A DNA stretch of 64,000 nucleotides, taken from a virus. Taxonomy: Duplodnaviria > Caudoviricetes. Positions 9,545 to 19,485 of this stretch are shown here, in pieces (the first letter of the stretch is position 1; each line of letters starts with the position of its first letter). Under the pieces are notes generated by a model that saw only the letters and a list, made by a program, of their open reading frames with translations, made no database searches and was not told the DNA's origin. Location of the stretch: the IMG/VR virus record IMGVR_UViG_3300011008_000040, positions 1 through 64,000 of that record. One strand, 5' to 3'. Made by a program: the position numbers and the translations under genes.

Positions 9545-9847
9545 CTAATTTGTGCATGTAATCTTATACGGATCAAAAGTTGGAGTGTCTCCAGGAATAT
9601 TGACGTATCTGATTGGATTATCGACATACGGTGTTGTATGCAAAGCTACCTGATACTCAGCAGAATACTTTTTGCATGTTATGTACACCTCAACGATTTC
9701 TTTTGGAATGCTATCAAAATTACTAATATTTTCCAAATATCTTTTTAACTCAGTCGTTCCTTTTTCATATGCGTCCCTATACTTACATACATTTCTGTGA
9801 AGGCATACCGAGCATTCTTTAATAAAAATATCGCATTCGTTTGTCAT
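9545..9847 (-). CDS. Cys-rich hypothetical protein
   Basis: CSVCLHRNVC; ATGA coupling. Confidence 0.65.
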   Translation of the reverse strand: MTNECDIFIKECSVCLHRNVCKYRDAYEKGTTELKRYLENISNFDSIPKEIVEVYITCKKYSAEYQVALHTTPYVDNPIRYVNIPGDTPTFDPYKITCTN

Positions 9848-10077
9848 TTCACTTCCTCCTTTGGTGGATAAAGTAAACAGCTTAATCGCCTACAGCATTC
9901 AGGACAAATGTCAGGAACATGCTCATTAGGATAATTCAATGTAATAATTTGCTCGCAAATAATGCATGGCTTACCATAGGTCATACTGGGCTGCTTATTT
10001 GTAATGACTCGATTTTCTATTGAATCAGGAAAGCTCATTGTGCAATCAAGAGTTCCTTCGTCTACAACTTCACTCAT
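9844..10077 (-). CDS. Zn-finger-like small protein
   Basis: CIIC...CPEC; paralog of 24942..25139. Confidence 0.65.
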   Translation of the reverse strand: MSEVVDEGTLDCTMSFPDSIENRVITNKQPSMTYGKPCIICEQIITLNYPNEHVPDICPECCRRLSCLLYPPKEEVK

Positions 10078-10325
10078 TTGTCTATTCTCTCCACATAAAT
10101 CATTTCGTGAGGACGTAAATCATCAACCTCTTTGAATTCAAATGTTTCAAAGCGTTCAGGATGATTCTCTGGATCTTTGCAAGGTCCGTTTAATGCATAT
10201 CTGGAATCGAAGGTATGAAGGCAATAACCACCTTTGCTTTTGCAACCCATTTTGCATTCCGGTTTCTTTTCATTACAAATATAACAGACCTTCTTAACTG
10301 GCTTGTTTCCTTTTAGTAGGCTCAA
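10074..10325 (-). CDS. Cys-rich hypothetical protein
   Basis: CYIC...GYCLHT; coupled ORF. Confidence 0.65.
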   Translation of the reverse strand: MSLLKGNKPVKKVCYICNEKKPECKMGCKSKGGYCLHTFDSRYALNGPCKDPENHPERFETFEFKEVDDLRPHEMIYVERIDK

Positions 10326-10504
10326 CCATAGTCCTCCTCAATATCTTCTACTCCGGCTTCATAAATATCATTTCTCCACCAACCGATACTTACTTTGCCA
10401 GTAACAGTGTTTGTTAAAACCTGAACCGTACAATTTTCATAAATTTCTTCCTGGTCATAAACATCCATGTCTACAGACAGAATTTCTTCATCCTCATTCT
10501 CCAC
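10322..10504 (-). CDS. Acidic hypothetical protein
   Basis: YENCTVQVLTNTVTGKVSIGWW. Confidence 0.65.
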   Translation of the reverse strand: MENEDEEILSVDMDVYDQEEIYENCTVQVLTNTVTGKVSIGWWRNDIYEAGVEDIEEDYG

Positions 10505-10646
10505 TTGGATGGTACTCCTTTAAAACTATGTTTGCACTGACACGGTCCATGCCGATGTTCTCAAGATTTTGATACGCCTGCTCTATCTCCTGCTCATTGC
10601 CACTGATTTTTGCAGACCATAAAATATCAATCAGATCCCTCAGCAT
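10494..10646 (-). CDS. Hypothetical protein, 50 aa (not in ORF track)
   Basis: Manual translation MLRDLIDILWSAK...EYHPSGE. Confidence 0.55.
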   Translation of the reverse strand: MLRDLIDILWSAKISGNEQEIEQAYQNLENIGMDRVSANIVLKEYHPSGE

Positions 10647-10791
10647 TTTCGTTCTCTCTTTCTTTAAGTTCTTCCATTTTCTGTCTTACTTCTTCTCTCA
10701 GTTCTTGGTCTTCCCTTTTACGTCTCTCAACTAGTTTAAGATACTCTTTATTGGCGGTACTGATGAGCATCTTTTTAACCGCGTCTGTCAT
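10627..10791 (-). CDS. Coiled-coil protein, 54 aa (not in ORF track)
   Basis: Manual translation MTDAVKKMLIST...AEGSD. Confidence 0.55.
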   Translation of the reverse strand: MTDAVKKMLISTANKEYLKLVERRKREDQELREEVRQKMEELKERENENAEGSD

Positions 10792-11219
10792 GATGATTTT
10801 TTCTTTTTAACTCTCCAAGTTTTTTCGTATTCTTCTTCTGCGGCTTTCTTGAGCCGTTCCATTTCTCTGCGAACTTTTACTTCTTCGATGGCAATAATTT
10901 GTTTGATATCGTTCTTATACTTAGAGTACGATGGGCCAAATATCTTTTTAAGTGTTGCTGCATAAATTCCGGCTTCATAACTAAACCAATCTCCATCCAT
11001 GCATTTAACAACAGTCTTAGTTCCATCTGACCAGAAAACTATTGTAGCCGGTTCATTAAATATAACCTTTTCAATACTTAATGAAACTTCTTTTATTTTG
11101 TCGCTTACTGCCAATAAATCAGTCACATTAGGAACGTTTCCAGTATGCTCAATAGGAATAAACATACCAGGTTTAATTTCTGCAAAAAATGCTTTATCAT
11201 TATTTTCGTTAGGTCCCAT
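10788..11219 (-). CDS. Conserved phage protein
   Basis: IEKVIFNEPATIVFWSDGTKTVVKC motif; start reset to MGPNE. Confidence 0.7.
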   Translation of the reverse strand: MGPNENNDKAFFAEIKPGMFIPIEHTGNVPNVTDLLAVSDKIKEVSLSIEKVIFNEPATIVFWSDGTKTVVKCMDGDWFSYEAGIYAATLKKIFGPSYSKYKNDIKQIIAIEEVKVRREMERLKKAAEEEYEKTWRVKKKKSS

Positions 11220-11220
11220 A

Positions 11221-11400
11221 TTACTCCTCTTTAACAGAAACAATTTCTACAAGTTCTGTAGGTATGCCGCTATTGTCTGAATCAATGACAACAGCGTCAA
11301 CGCCGATGGAATTGTCAGGCTTACCAAATATAATGTTATTAGGCTTAGGTTCTTCACGTTCTACTACGTTCTGCTTCTTTCTGACTTTAATTACTTTCAA
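11221..11400 (-). CDS. Hypothetical protein, 59 aa, TTG start (not in ORF track)
   Basis: RBS ggagaac; manual translation MKVIKVRKK...VKEE. Confidence 0.5.
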   Translation of the reverse strand: MKVIKVRKKQNVVEREEPKPNNIIFGKPDNSIGVDAVVIDSDNSGIPTELVEIVSVKEE

Positions 11401-11411
11401 TTTTGTTCTCC

Positions 11412-11849
11412 TTAATCAAGAAACATCTCTGGAGTCTTCTTAATATTAAGATCTACAGGAATCGGGAAATGGAGGTCTCTAAGTCTGGCAAAATATAACA
11501 CTATCCATTCTCCGTCGCCAAGAATCACGTTCTCAAACTGATAACCATTCCAGTAATCAGCAGAAATATAAATGTTGTCCTTAACGATTCCATCTCCTGT
11601 GAAGTTCGCTTTAATGATGAGAATATAATCACCGGTGTCATCTGCACTAGGATTTCCGGTCTTCCACAATTCATTTTTACCGTGGACAATCTTTACATGC
11701 ATGTTCTTTTGCTCATCGCAAATCATGTCTTCGGCCATTTCAAGACCATCGACAAAGCCTTCAACATACATTGAGTCCTTCGTGACTTTCGTTTTCATCA
11801 TTAATCGAGCTTCTTGAATCTTTTTTAACACTCTGGTTGCCACACTCAT
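11412..11849 (-). CDS. Hypothetical protein
   Basis: ORF with RBS ggagggat. Confidence 0.7.
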   Translation of the reverse strand: MSVATRVLKKIQEARLMMKTKVTKDSMYVEGFVDGLEMAEDMICDEQKNMHVKIVHGKNELWKTGNPSADDTGDYILIIKANFTGDGIVKDNIYISADYWNGYQFENVILGDGEWIVLYFARLRDLHFPIPVDLNIKKTPEMFLD

Positions 11850-12024
11850 AAATATCCCTCCTATCTCTTATTTCTATACAATCATAGACCTTTGCCGTTG
11901 TTGGTCTTATATATCGTATCTTGCTATCGGGAAGAGCCAATCTAATTGCAATAATACTCATTACAACAACAGCTGTAACGAGCAGGAGAATAGCTATTAT
12001 TGCAATAATATCAGTCAGTTTCAT
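11761..12024 (-). CDS. Membrane-anchored hypothetical protein
   Basis: N-terminal hydrophobic helix. Confidence 0.55.
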   Translation of the reverse strand: MKLTDIIAIIAILLLVTAVVVMSIIAIRLALPDSKIRYIRPTTAKVYDCIEIRDRRDIYECGNQSVKKDSRSSINDENESHEGLNVC

Positions 12025-12614
12025 TAGAATGGGAGATCGCTGTCGTCCTCATCCATTGGTGAAGCAAAATTGCCAGACGGACCACCAATAATCGGGATTC
12101 CTGCAAACTCTTCATTGTTATCGAAATCATCTTCCCGAATATAAACAATAAGCTTATTCAGATATGCTGCAATTCCAACATTAGGACCTTTTTCATAAGT
12201 GCAAAGAGCTACTTTCACGTCAGCCCGCTCAATGAACTCATGGTCAAGATTTCCTACTGTATCAATATCAAGCTGCATTTTTCCTCTTGGAACAACTCTC
12301 CAAATTGCTTCCGGGGCAATTTTTCCGAATGTAATTTTGAGAGAGTAGCTAGGTTCCCCTTCTCCGTCTTGAGGAAGCCGAGTCTTAATATTGCAACCTC
12401 TGATCACATTACCCTTGGTGCCATGAAGCTCAACATTGCGAAGATCTTCAGCCATTTCCTGAGTAAGTTCAATGCTGAAATATCTTTTTCCAATCGGGTT
12501 TCCCTGAGAATCCTGACCAACTGGGGCATTATACTCACCTACTGCACCAGAGAAATTTCTCCAGGTTCCCGGAAGGATGCGGACGTTTTTAAATACTTTC
12601 ATTACAGATGACAT
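12024..12614 (-). CDS. Single-stranded DNA-binding protein
   Basis: WRNFSG...RYFSIEL OB-fold pattern, acidic tail ending DSDLPF. Confidence 0.75.
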   Translation of the reverse strand: MSSVMKVFKNVRILPGTWRNFSGAVGEYNAPVGQDSQGNPIGKRYFSIELTQEMAEDLRNVELHGTKGNVIRGCNIKTRLPQDGEGEPSYSLKITFGKIAPEAIWRVVPRGKMQLDIDTVGNLDHEFIERADVKVALCTYEKGPNVGIAAYLNKLIVYIREDDFDNNEEFAGIPIIGGPSGNFASPMDEDDSDLPF

Positions 12615-12930
12615 TTTTTAATCTCCTATTTTTTATATTTTTAAATATAATTATGAGGCGGATGCAGTATCTCAGTACTAGCTTAATCCACCTCGTTTAT
12701 TTCTTTTTGCGTTCTTCGCGTTTTGTTGGCAGCATAACAATACCCTTTTCGAGATACTTAAGCTGCCTTGAATGATTAAGCTGATTATGCCTCCGTGCTT
12801 TCTGAGCCATTACTGTTCTTCCTTTCATAAATATAAATGTAAGCCATACCAAGCACAGCCGCAATGACAATCAAACTTGCAATGCAGCATGTGAAAATAT
12901 CAAGGAACCGCATACCAGTAAAGAATTTAA

Positions 12931-13320
12931 TCATCTTTTATACCTCTCTGTGAATGGAGGATAAGTTTCTCCAGCGTATTCATGGATCTCCTTATCCATT
13001 TTCTCAGTTGACCACCAATAATCCTTATCGTTGTTTTCTTCTCGATCAAAATCAAACAAATCGCCATACTCTTTTGCGATTTCAGTAATTGACTCCATCA
13101 TCTGAGTGCAAATATCACCATTGATGATGCCCATACGACCAAGAGCTAAAATTGCCATATCAATTCCATATGCAGTTCCATTGTCTAGGCCTTCATTGTA
13201 TGCTTTCTGTCTGATTGGATCGAACTTCTCAGTCACAAATTTATTAAGGAGAGCAGCAAAATATCTATCGTGGTCCGCTTTAGTATAGAATGCGGCATAG
13301 AATTTATTCTTCGGCGCCAT
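12931..13320 (-). CDS. Hypothetical protein
   Basis: ORF with RBS ggagtc. Confidence 0.65.
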   Translation of the reverse strand: MAPKNKFYAAFYTKADHDRYFAALLNKFVTEKFDPIRQKAYNEGLDNGTAYGIDMAILALGRMGIINGDICTQMMESITEIAKEYGDLFDFDREENNDKDYWWSTEKMDKEIHEYAGETYPPFTERYKR

Positions 13321-13479
13321 TTTCTGACTCCTTTTTCATATATCTGCTTCGCTCATAATCTATAAGATCCTTACAAGTTTTACAGAGATATACGTCATGA
13401 TTAATTTCGTCTTTGTAAAGAGGACCATGTGAATCGCCACAAACCCGACACTTTACAACAGTTGATTGAAGTTTGTTTT

Positions 13480-13686
13480 TCATTTAGTCTCCTTAAATAT
13501 CCATATGACTGCACCGAGAATACAAGCTAGTTCGTGGTCAGACAAATCCGTTTTTCTATTAATAATTGGCCCGACAGTGCTTGTAGCAGTCATTAATGTT
13601 TGAGGTAATCCAATCACTATTCTATTTCGGCGCTTACTATATTCAATGCTGTACCCATCATTTGTGCTAAGGAAATCAGCCATCAA
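13480..13686 (-). CDS. Hypothetical protein
   Basis: ORF in gene run. Confidence 0.6.
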   Translation of the reverse strand: MMADFLSTNDGYSIEYSKRRNRIVIGLPQTLMTATSTVGPIINRKTDLSDHELACILGAVIWIFKETK

Positions 13687-13687
13687 A

Positions 13688-13879
13688 CTACTCCTCTTCC
13701 TGTAATGGGCAATAACCAGAATGCCGGAAATTCGCCATTGATACAGGATAGGGATATGGTGGATCAGCTTCTTTCAGTTCTTTTGTCAACCTTGCTCGAA
13801 AACATTCCTTTGGGCAAATATCACTATTGTAATTAGAGCAATGACAGAAATCACTATGGTCATACTTAAATTGGTTCAT
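13688..13879 (-). CDS. Cys-rich small protein
   Basis: HCSN..CPKECFRA..YCP. Confidence 0.6.
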   Translation of the reverse strand: MNQFKYDHSDFCHCSNYNSDICPKECFRARLTKELKEADPPYPYPVSMANFRHSGYCPLQEEE

Positions 13880-14117
13880 TTTTATTCTCCGATGGATAAT
13901 ATTTTTTAATTATTTCTTCATCATAATAAGGACAATTGCTCCATCTTTTATAGCATCTGTCGCACCCATTTGGAGCTTTACAGGATACTCCATGATCTCT
14001 TAAAAGAAAATAAAACTTACACCTACTTTTTACATTAGGACTCCAATCTGGCCAATATCCTTCTTTAAGTATCTTTTTTATTTTCCTCACTTTGAAGTTC
14101 CTTTTCCATAGACTCAA
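13866..14117 (-). CDS. Cys-rich small protein
   Basis: CKAPNGCDRC..CPYY. Confidence 0.55.
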   Translation of the reverse strand: MSLWKRNFKVRKIKKILKEGYWPDWSPNVKSRCKFYFLLRDHGVSCKAPNGCDRCYKRWSNCPYYDEEIIKKYYPSENKNEPI

Positions 14118-14493
14118 TCATCCAATCCAAATATACTCTGGCTTTTTTCAGATCTTCGAGGCCATTCTTTTCACGGAATCTCCAAATGTACTTAAGAACA
14201 TTCCCTTTACAGTAATCTTGAAAACCAGAAGGAGGCATTGATGCTTCAATTGCTTTGATGCACTCAATACCTCCCTGTGTATAGTGGTTCGGATGATTGA
14301 CATTGTCATGGGATATCCCTTTTACCTTTGTTTTATTTGGAACATCCTGATCATTATAAACAGAAGCCGAGTCTTTTTCTTTTGGAATAAATCGTGAGTT
14401 TGGTATGTTATTCAAACACTCATGCTCACGATCTCCATAACAAGTTCTTCCAAAATTTAAACATTCATTGCATAACTCGAAAATATCAATCAT
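14065..14493 (-). CDS. DUF3310 (SaV-like) protein with Cys-rich N-terminus
   Basis: DNVNHPNHYTQGGIECIKAI...GNVLKYIWR...KNGLEDLKKARVYL. Confidence 0.8.
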   Translation of the reverse strand: MIDIFELCNECLNFGRTCYGDREHECLNNIPNSRFIPKEKDSASVYNDQDVPNKTKVKGISHDNVNHPNHYTQGGIECIKAIEASMPPSGFQDYCKGNVLKYIWRFREKNGLEDLKKARVYLDWMIESMEKELQSEENKKDT

Positions 14494-14499
14494 CTCCTT

Positions 14500-17400
14500 T
14501 TAGCTTGAAAACCATTCAAAGTCACCGAACTTGCCTATTGTTTCAATGGCATCGTCAACTAATGAAATATAAAATGTCTCGTCAATGTCATTCTCACGGC
14601 CTTGTTCTTTGACCACTTCTGATTCCAGCCAACGATATCCAAGCGCTCCGGCGGTCGAAGCATATTTGCCATTTTCCCCACGAACCAACACTCCGCCACC
14701 ACGTCCCTTTTTAATTGGACAGAATTGGCCTGTTTTTCCAATGAATTGATAACAATGATGTCTGGCAATTTCTTCTTTGAGGTCTTCAATCGTATAATTA
14801 GACAAGTCGAAATTCAATTTTCGAACTTTTTCAGGATGCGCAGCGTTATACTCTCTGGTTGCCAACTCTTTCGCAAACACTTCATCATCAGGAAGATTTT
14901 CATTAAAGTCCAAATATAACGCTGAAGTTGTGTTTACAGTTTCGCACATGTCTGAAAACTCAATAGGCTCTTTACTGAAAAGCTTCTTAAAGACATAAGG
15001 AACTGCAAATTGCTTTCCGGTTGCTGTCCATTGACCTGGACTTTCTTCATCATCAGCTGCACACTTAGCAATATAAACAGCATTGTTAACTAAGCAGATC
15101 TTTTCAAATTTATGTTCAACTTCAAACGTATAGCCATAACGTTTGCCAAAGTTAAGAATATAATTCTGAAGATCTTTTGACGGATTGGCTACTTTTATAC
15201 TATCTGTTTTGATATGGATAACCTCTCCGCCCCTAGCAATTACTTCACTAAGCAAGTCGATCATGAATAATGCTCCACGCTTGGCAACAATATTATCTTT
15301 ATTCCGCACATCTCTAAATGGACTTTTATATCCATCTCGTTCTGTCTGAGCAGTTAAACCATATACACTGTTAATGACAATTTTCAGAGCATTTGACAAA
15401 GCTTTAGGATTACTGTCAGCCGTAAGATACTTTGCAAGTTTACCGCCAAACATCTTTCCAGCTCTCTCATAATCCTTATGCTTAATCGCAATTCGAGCTT
15501 CCATTAAGTCATTGAAAATATCAGTGTACTCACCAAACAAGTATTCGGAGGTAATACTATGCGGGTGCATTGATGCTACGTCATAGGTAATTACATTCTG
15601 ATACATTCCTGGCTTTGCCCAAACGAAACCGCCTTCACCTGCAAATTGACCTTTGTATGATGACCTTTCATCTTTTGGCTTGGAAATATCAAATGTATAG
15701 CCTTCAAAGTATGGCAGCAGACTCTTTGCTTCGCCATGTGGTTCAGCCATCATTTCAGGAAAATTCTTCCTGAGGAATTTTTCCATATTAGGATCTAAAT
15801 CAAATATAGGTTCGGCAAGATTCCTGTAATGGAAATGAGACTGAGGCTGCTTATTGGTTCCAAATATCAATTTTGCAGATAAAGCATTAGTCGTATCATT
15901 GATTGCACCTTCTGCCAAATCAGCAAGAATTTCTCTGGCTAAGAAGTCCCCTTGAAGATGTTTCCACAATGCTTCTGTAGCGATAACGTCATTAAGACAA
16001 TACTTAGCAACTTCATCCCACATATCGTCTGGAACAGGTTGATCCCATCTTAGGCCAAGTTCCTGATGATGCTGTCCTAATTCAATTTCCCATTTTTTCA
16101 ATCCTTGCTTTTTTGCAGGAAATTCAAGCGTATCGGCATAATGAATATTCCATGCGCTTCCAATATATCCATCTCGATTGTTTGATGTTATTTTGGAAGA
16201 ACGTTTAAATACTTCAGGTATGCTGTCTCCTAAAATAATTCCAGCAGCTATATGATTGTCGTAAGACCTTGTATTATGACCTACAAGTTTATACTTCAAT
16301 AGCTGCTCTATAATTTTTGGAGAAGGATTTAAAATATAATGAGGATCTTTATCAACAGCTTTGTATGCTACCAGATTTCCATTAGGAAATACTTCGAAGT
16401 CCCAGATAACAATGTCGTCACTTGCATAACCAGTGAACACATTATTATCCAATGGCGCCTCTGACTTAAATTTCATTTGCGGGATTAAAGCCATACATTC
16501 CTGAGCATGATGAGTACTCCTTCCGGCAAATGTTGTGAGAGCAGGCCTCATATCACTTACGTCATAATCCATTCCACTTTCATAAGCATCATCAAGAATT
16601 TTCTTAATGAATTTAACGCTTGTAACAGTTGCATGTGGGGGATACTCTTTTAACATACTTCGCCGAATGACAGTTCTTATTGCTGTTTCATTTTTTAATC
16701 CGTCAAAATTTATCACTTTTTTCTCTTCTTTTATTGGCAATCCGCTGCTTATGCTTGCTATAGGAATATCATTGCAACGAATTACTTTTCTTCTTAGGGA
16801 ACTCTTACCTGTAAATACTTTAACTTCGATGCCATCTTCATAGATTCGACTTAGGTCATCGGCATTTCCGCCAGTGTAAATATAAGTAAGATGAAGCCCT
16901 TGACCTCCTTTACTTACTTCAGCATATGTCTTTGGCCATTTAGATGCTGCTTCGATATTACGTTCAAGAGATTTGTTCCCTTCTCTATCACGAAGATCAA
17001 AGTCAATTACAATCCAATTTTTATACTCGTCGGGAAAAAACAAATAGTGAAGCTTATCAGTTGAAATATCACTTAACTTTGTCTTCACTTTGTCCCATGG
17101 TTTAATTGGAGTTTCATCTTCTTTAGCATACTGTGCAGGCCAATCCTTACAAATATCATCCATTAACGAATGCGTGCAATTCAAATCAAGCCAGTTGTCA
17201 GACTTCTGTGCAGGCTCTTTTTTCTCATCTTTTGTCTTCTTGGGAGATGTCTCTGCTGCATCCATAACAACATTTGTAAATTTATCAGTTATGAAACCTT
17301 TGTACACATTCCAGGCTCGAGCACCTGTTTCATCGACAGCATCCCGCTCTACAAATTCTTTAAAATATGATTTCAATTCTTCTTTAAATACACGCTGCTG

Positions 17401-18588
17401 ATAACGAAACGGCACCCTTGCATCATCGCAGTACTTATTATACCGTTCCCATGCTATCTTTAACGTCGTTCCATTTTCATTTTTGAATTGCTCATAATAT
17501 TCAAGAACAAAGTTGTAGAAGTCATTCGATGCTCCAATCATTGACGTCGGAATGTAGTCATCATAATATTTCGGATCTTCCTGATAAATATCAAGACAAT
17601 GCTTTGCAATGCCGCCAAGCTCAAACTTAATCTTAGCCATTAATTTGTCATACTCAGATCTAGGAACTTTCTTGCCTGATGGAGAAACGTCTATCAACCT
17701 TCGTATAATACCTGACTTTGAGTCTGTGATCTTGACGGGTTTATTTGTTCCCATAAATAAAAAGCTGTTAAACTGCATAGTGTAAGCAGTTTTGAACTTC
17801 TCATTCACTACCATTAATTCATGAGCTACAAGACTATTAAGCCGAGTATTATCTTCAATTCTACTTAGGTCACCGTCATGCTGTATTGCAACAAGAGGAT
17901 TTGACTTAAATGCCTCGAGTGCAAACACGTTTGTCGCTGATCCAAGCGCTCGTGAATCAAAAATTGAAAAATATCCATCGAACAAATCCTGCATAATGTT
18001 AAGCACAGTTGACTTACCTGTTTTTGGAGCACCATACATCACAATAAATTTTTGAATATACTTTGAATCACCGGACACAACAGCTCCTATTGCCCATTCA
18101 AGCTTATGACGCTCCTCCGGTGCATACAGCACATTCATTAATTCATTCCATGCAGAAATATCACATTCTTCCAATGGATACTTTAATTTCTTACTTGCAT
18201 AATCAGCCTTGGTAGTTTCAGTGTTTGAGAAAACCAATTTTTCATCAAGGGGAACAAAGTTGTCTCGGCATTGATTTCTAAGATAGCTGTGCCATTTATC
18301 GACCATCTTATTGTCGCCATCCCACATATACAGGACATTAACATCTTTTGCTTCGGGATGATCTTTTTTGAATTTCTCAGCATAAATATCAAGCTCACGG
18401 TCAATAAGATTTAATGCAGTTTGCTCAACCGTCGACCACAAATGATGTTCTTCATCCCAAACAGCGTAGAAATCTCCGCCTCGAATCATTACATCTGAGT
18501 TTAATCCTACTATGAATTTCGGATAGATTTCATATACATCTTTCCCCGGTTTTGCCTTTCTAAACCAAGGTTTCATAAAATCAGGCAT
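14500..18588 (-). CDS. Fused SF3 helicase - AEP primase - family B DNA polymerase with 3'-5' exonuclease
   Basis: GAPKTGKS Walker A; DFDLR and EVSKGGQGLHL primase motifs; WDFEVF, GHNTRSYD, YCLNDV exo motifs; DVASMHP, KIVINSVYG, KTDS pol motifs. Confidence 0.88.
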   Translation of the reverse strand: MPDFMKPWFRKAKPGKDVYEIYPKFIVGLNSDVMIRGGDFYAVWDEEHHLWSTVEQTALNLIDRELDIYAEKFKKDHPEAKDVNVLYMWDGDNKMVDKWHSYLRNQCRDNFVPLDEKLVFSNTETTKADYASKKLKYPLEECDISAWNELMNVLYAPEERHKLEWAIGAVVSGDSKYIQKFIVMYGAPKTGKSTVLNIMQDLFDGYFSIFDSRALGSATNVFALEAFKSNPLVAIQHDGDLSRIEDNTRLNSLVAHELMVVNEKFKTAYTMQFNSFLFMGTNKPVKITDSKSGIIRRLIDVSPSGKKVPRSEYDKLMAKIKFELGGIAKHCLDIYQEDPKYYDDYIPTSMIGASNDFYNFVLEYYEQFKNENGTTLKIAWERYNKYCDDARVPFRYQQRVFKEELKSYFKEFVERDAVDETGARAWNVYKGFITDKFTNVVMDAAETSPKKTKDEKKEPAQKSDNWLDLNCTHSLMDDICKDWPAQYAKEDETPIKPWDKVKTKLSDISTDKLHYLFFPDEYKNWIVIDFDLRDREGNKSLERNIEAASKWPKTYAEVSKGGQGLHLTYIYTGGNADDLSRIYEDGIEVKVFTGKSSLRRKVIRCNDIPIASISSGLPIKEEKKVINFDGLKNETAIRTVIRRSMLKEYPPHATVTSVKFIKKILDDAYESGMDYDVSDMRPALTTFAGRSTHHAQECMALIPQMKFKSEAPLDNNVFTGYASDDIVIWDFEVFPNGNLVAYKAVDKDPHYILNPSPKIIEQLLKYKLVGHNTRSYDNHIAAGIILGDSIPEVFKRSSKITSNNRDGYIGSAWNIHYADTLEFPAKKQGLKKWEIELGQHHQELGLRWDQPVPDDMWDEVAKYCLNDVIATEALWKHLQGDFLAREILADLAEGAINDTTNALSAKLIFGTNKQPQSHFHYRNLAEPIFDLDPNMEKFLRKNFPEMMAEPHGEAKSLLPYFEGYTFDISKPKDERSSYKGQFAGEGGFVWAKPGMYQNVITYDVASMHPHSITSEYLFGEYTDIFNDLMEARIAIKHKDYERAGKMFGGKLAKYLTADSNPKALSNALKIVINSVYGLTAQTERDGYKSPFRDVRNKDNIVAKRGALFMIDLLSEVIARGGEVIHIKTDSIKVANPSKDLQNYILNFGKRYGYTFEVEHKFEKICLVNNAVYIAKCAADDEESPGQWTATGKQFAVPYVFKKLFSKEPIEFSDMCETVNTTSALYLDFNENLPDDEVFAKELATREYNAAHPEKVRKLNFDLSNYTIEDLKEEIARHHCYQFIGKTGQFCPIKKGRGGGVLVRGENGKYASTAGALGYRWLESEVVKEQGRENDIDETFYISLVDDAIETIGKFGDFEWFSS

Positions 18589-18629
18589 TACATGTTAATT
18601 CCCCTTTCTCCGAAATATCAAAGAGGAAC

Positions 18630-18875
18630 TTATTCTTCAGTCTTCCCCTCTGTGTCTTCTTTAAATACGACGGTTCCGGACTTATTTTCAATCTCAACTT
18701 TTTTCCCCAACCGTCTTTTAACAGCTTTTACGATGCCAATTCCAACATTAATAGTAAAAATAGCCGAGAATACGCCCATGGTCATTCCATAACCGAAATC
18801 CTTACCAAGTTTCTTTACTTGCTTTGCTGTCATCATCGGAAACTCAATTTCAAATACATATTTCTCGTTTTCCAT
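18630..18875 (-). CDS. Small membrane protein
   Basis: Central hydrophobic helix. Confidence 0.65.
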   Translation of the reverse strand: MENEKYVFEIEFPMMTAKQVKKLGKDFGYGMTMGVFSAIFTINVGIGIVKAVKRRLGKKVEIENKSGTVVFKEDTEGKTEE

Positions 18876-18898
18876 TTCTTATTCTCCTTTTAAATATA

Positions 18899-19471
18899 TC
18901 AATACTGATCGTATAATTCGCCTAAGTACCAATTCATTTGATACCATAATTCTGCATTTCTCATATCAAGATCAGGATTCTTAATCGAAAATAATCCGCC
19001 ATCACCATTCCGACAATAATTATGGTCTATTACATTAGATACTATTCGTGAAACCATATACTCATCGTAATACTCATCCGAATATCTATCCAGATGAGTA
19101 TTCTTGAGCATTCCGCAGAACCATTCACCGGAACGATCACCTACTTCTGGATCTCCCATGATATGGTCCTCACATTTTCGCGCAAGTGCAGTCATCATTT
19201 CAAGCATATTGCAGTCATGAGTCAAATATCTATACACGTCATGATATGTGTATTTAAGTTCGCTCAATCCCTCTATTGCTTCTATGAAACGGAACCGCAT
19301 TTCGATCCCATCCTGAACGCGATTACAGTCGTTTGGGTAAATAGAAGTGAAGTTAATGGAATATAAATACTCCATCAGCTTCACAAAACTAACCCCATAC
19401 ATGTCGCTGCACCAATTATTTGTTAGGCCAATCAACCAGTGTTTATAATCGTTACGAATCTGGTCCCTCAT
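18899..19471 (-). CDS. Conserved phage protein
   Basis: NRVQDGIEMR, MLEMMTALARKCE, GGLFS, ELWYQM; start reset to MRDQIR (RBS gaaaggac). Confidence 0.7.
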   Translation of the reverse strand: MRDQIRNDYKHWLIGLTNNWCSDMYGVSFVKLMEYLYSINFTSIYPNDCNRVQDGIEMRFRFIEAIEGLSELKYTYHDVYRYLTHDCNMLEMMTALARKCEDHIMGDPEVGDRSGEWFCGMLKNTHLDRYSDEYYDEYMVSRIVSNVIDHNYCRNGDGGLFSIKNPDLDMRNAELWYQMNWYLGELYDQY

Positions 19472-19485
19472 TATTGTCCTTTCTG

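Noticed and set aside
14500-18588. Intein in the long polymerase ORF
   Set aside because: Length is accounted for by helicase, primase, exonuclease and polymerase domains; no C...HN-C/S/T splice motifs or LAGLIDADG blocks seen
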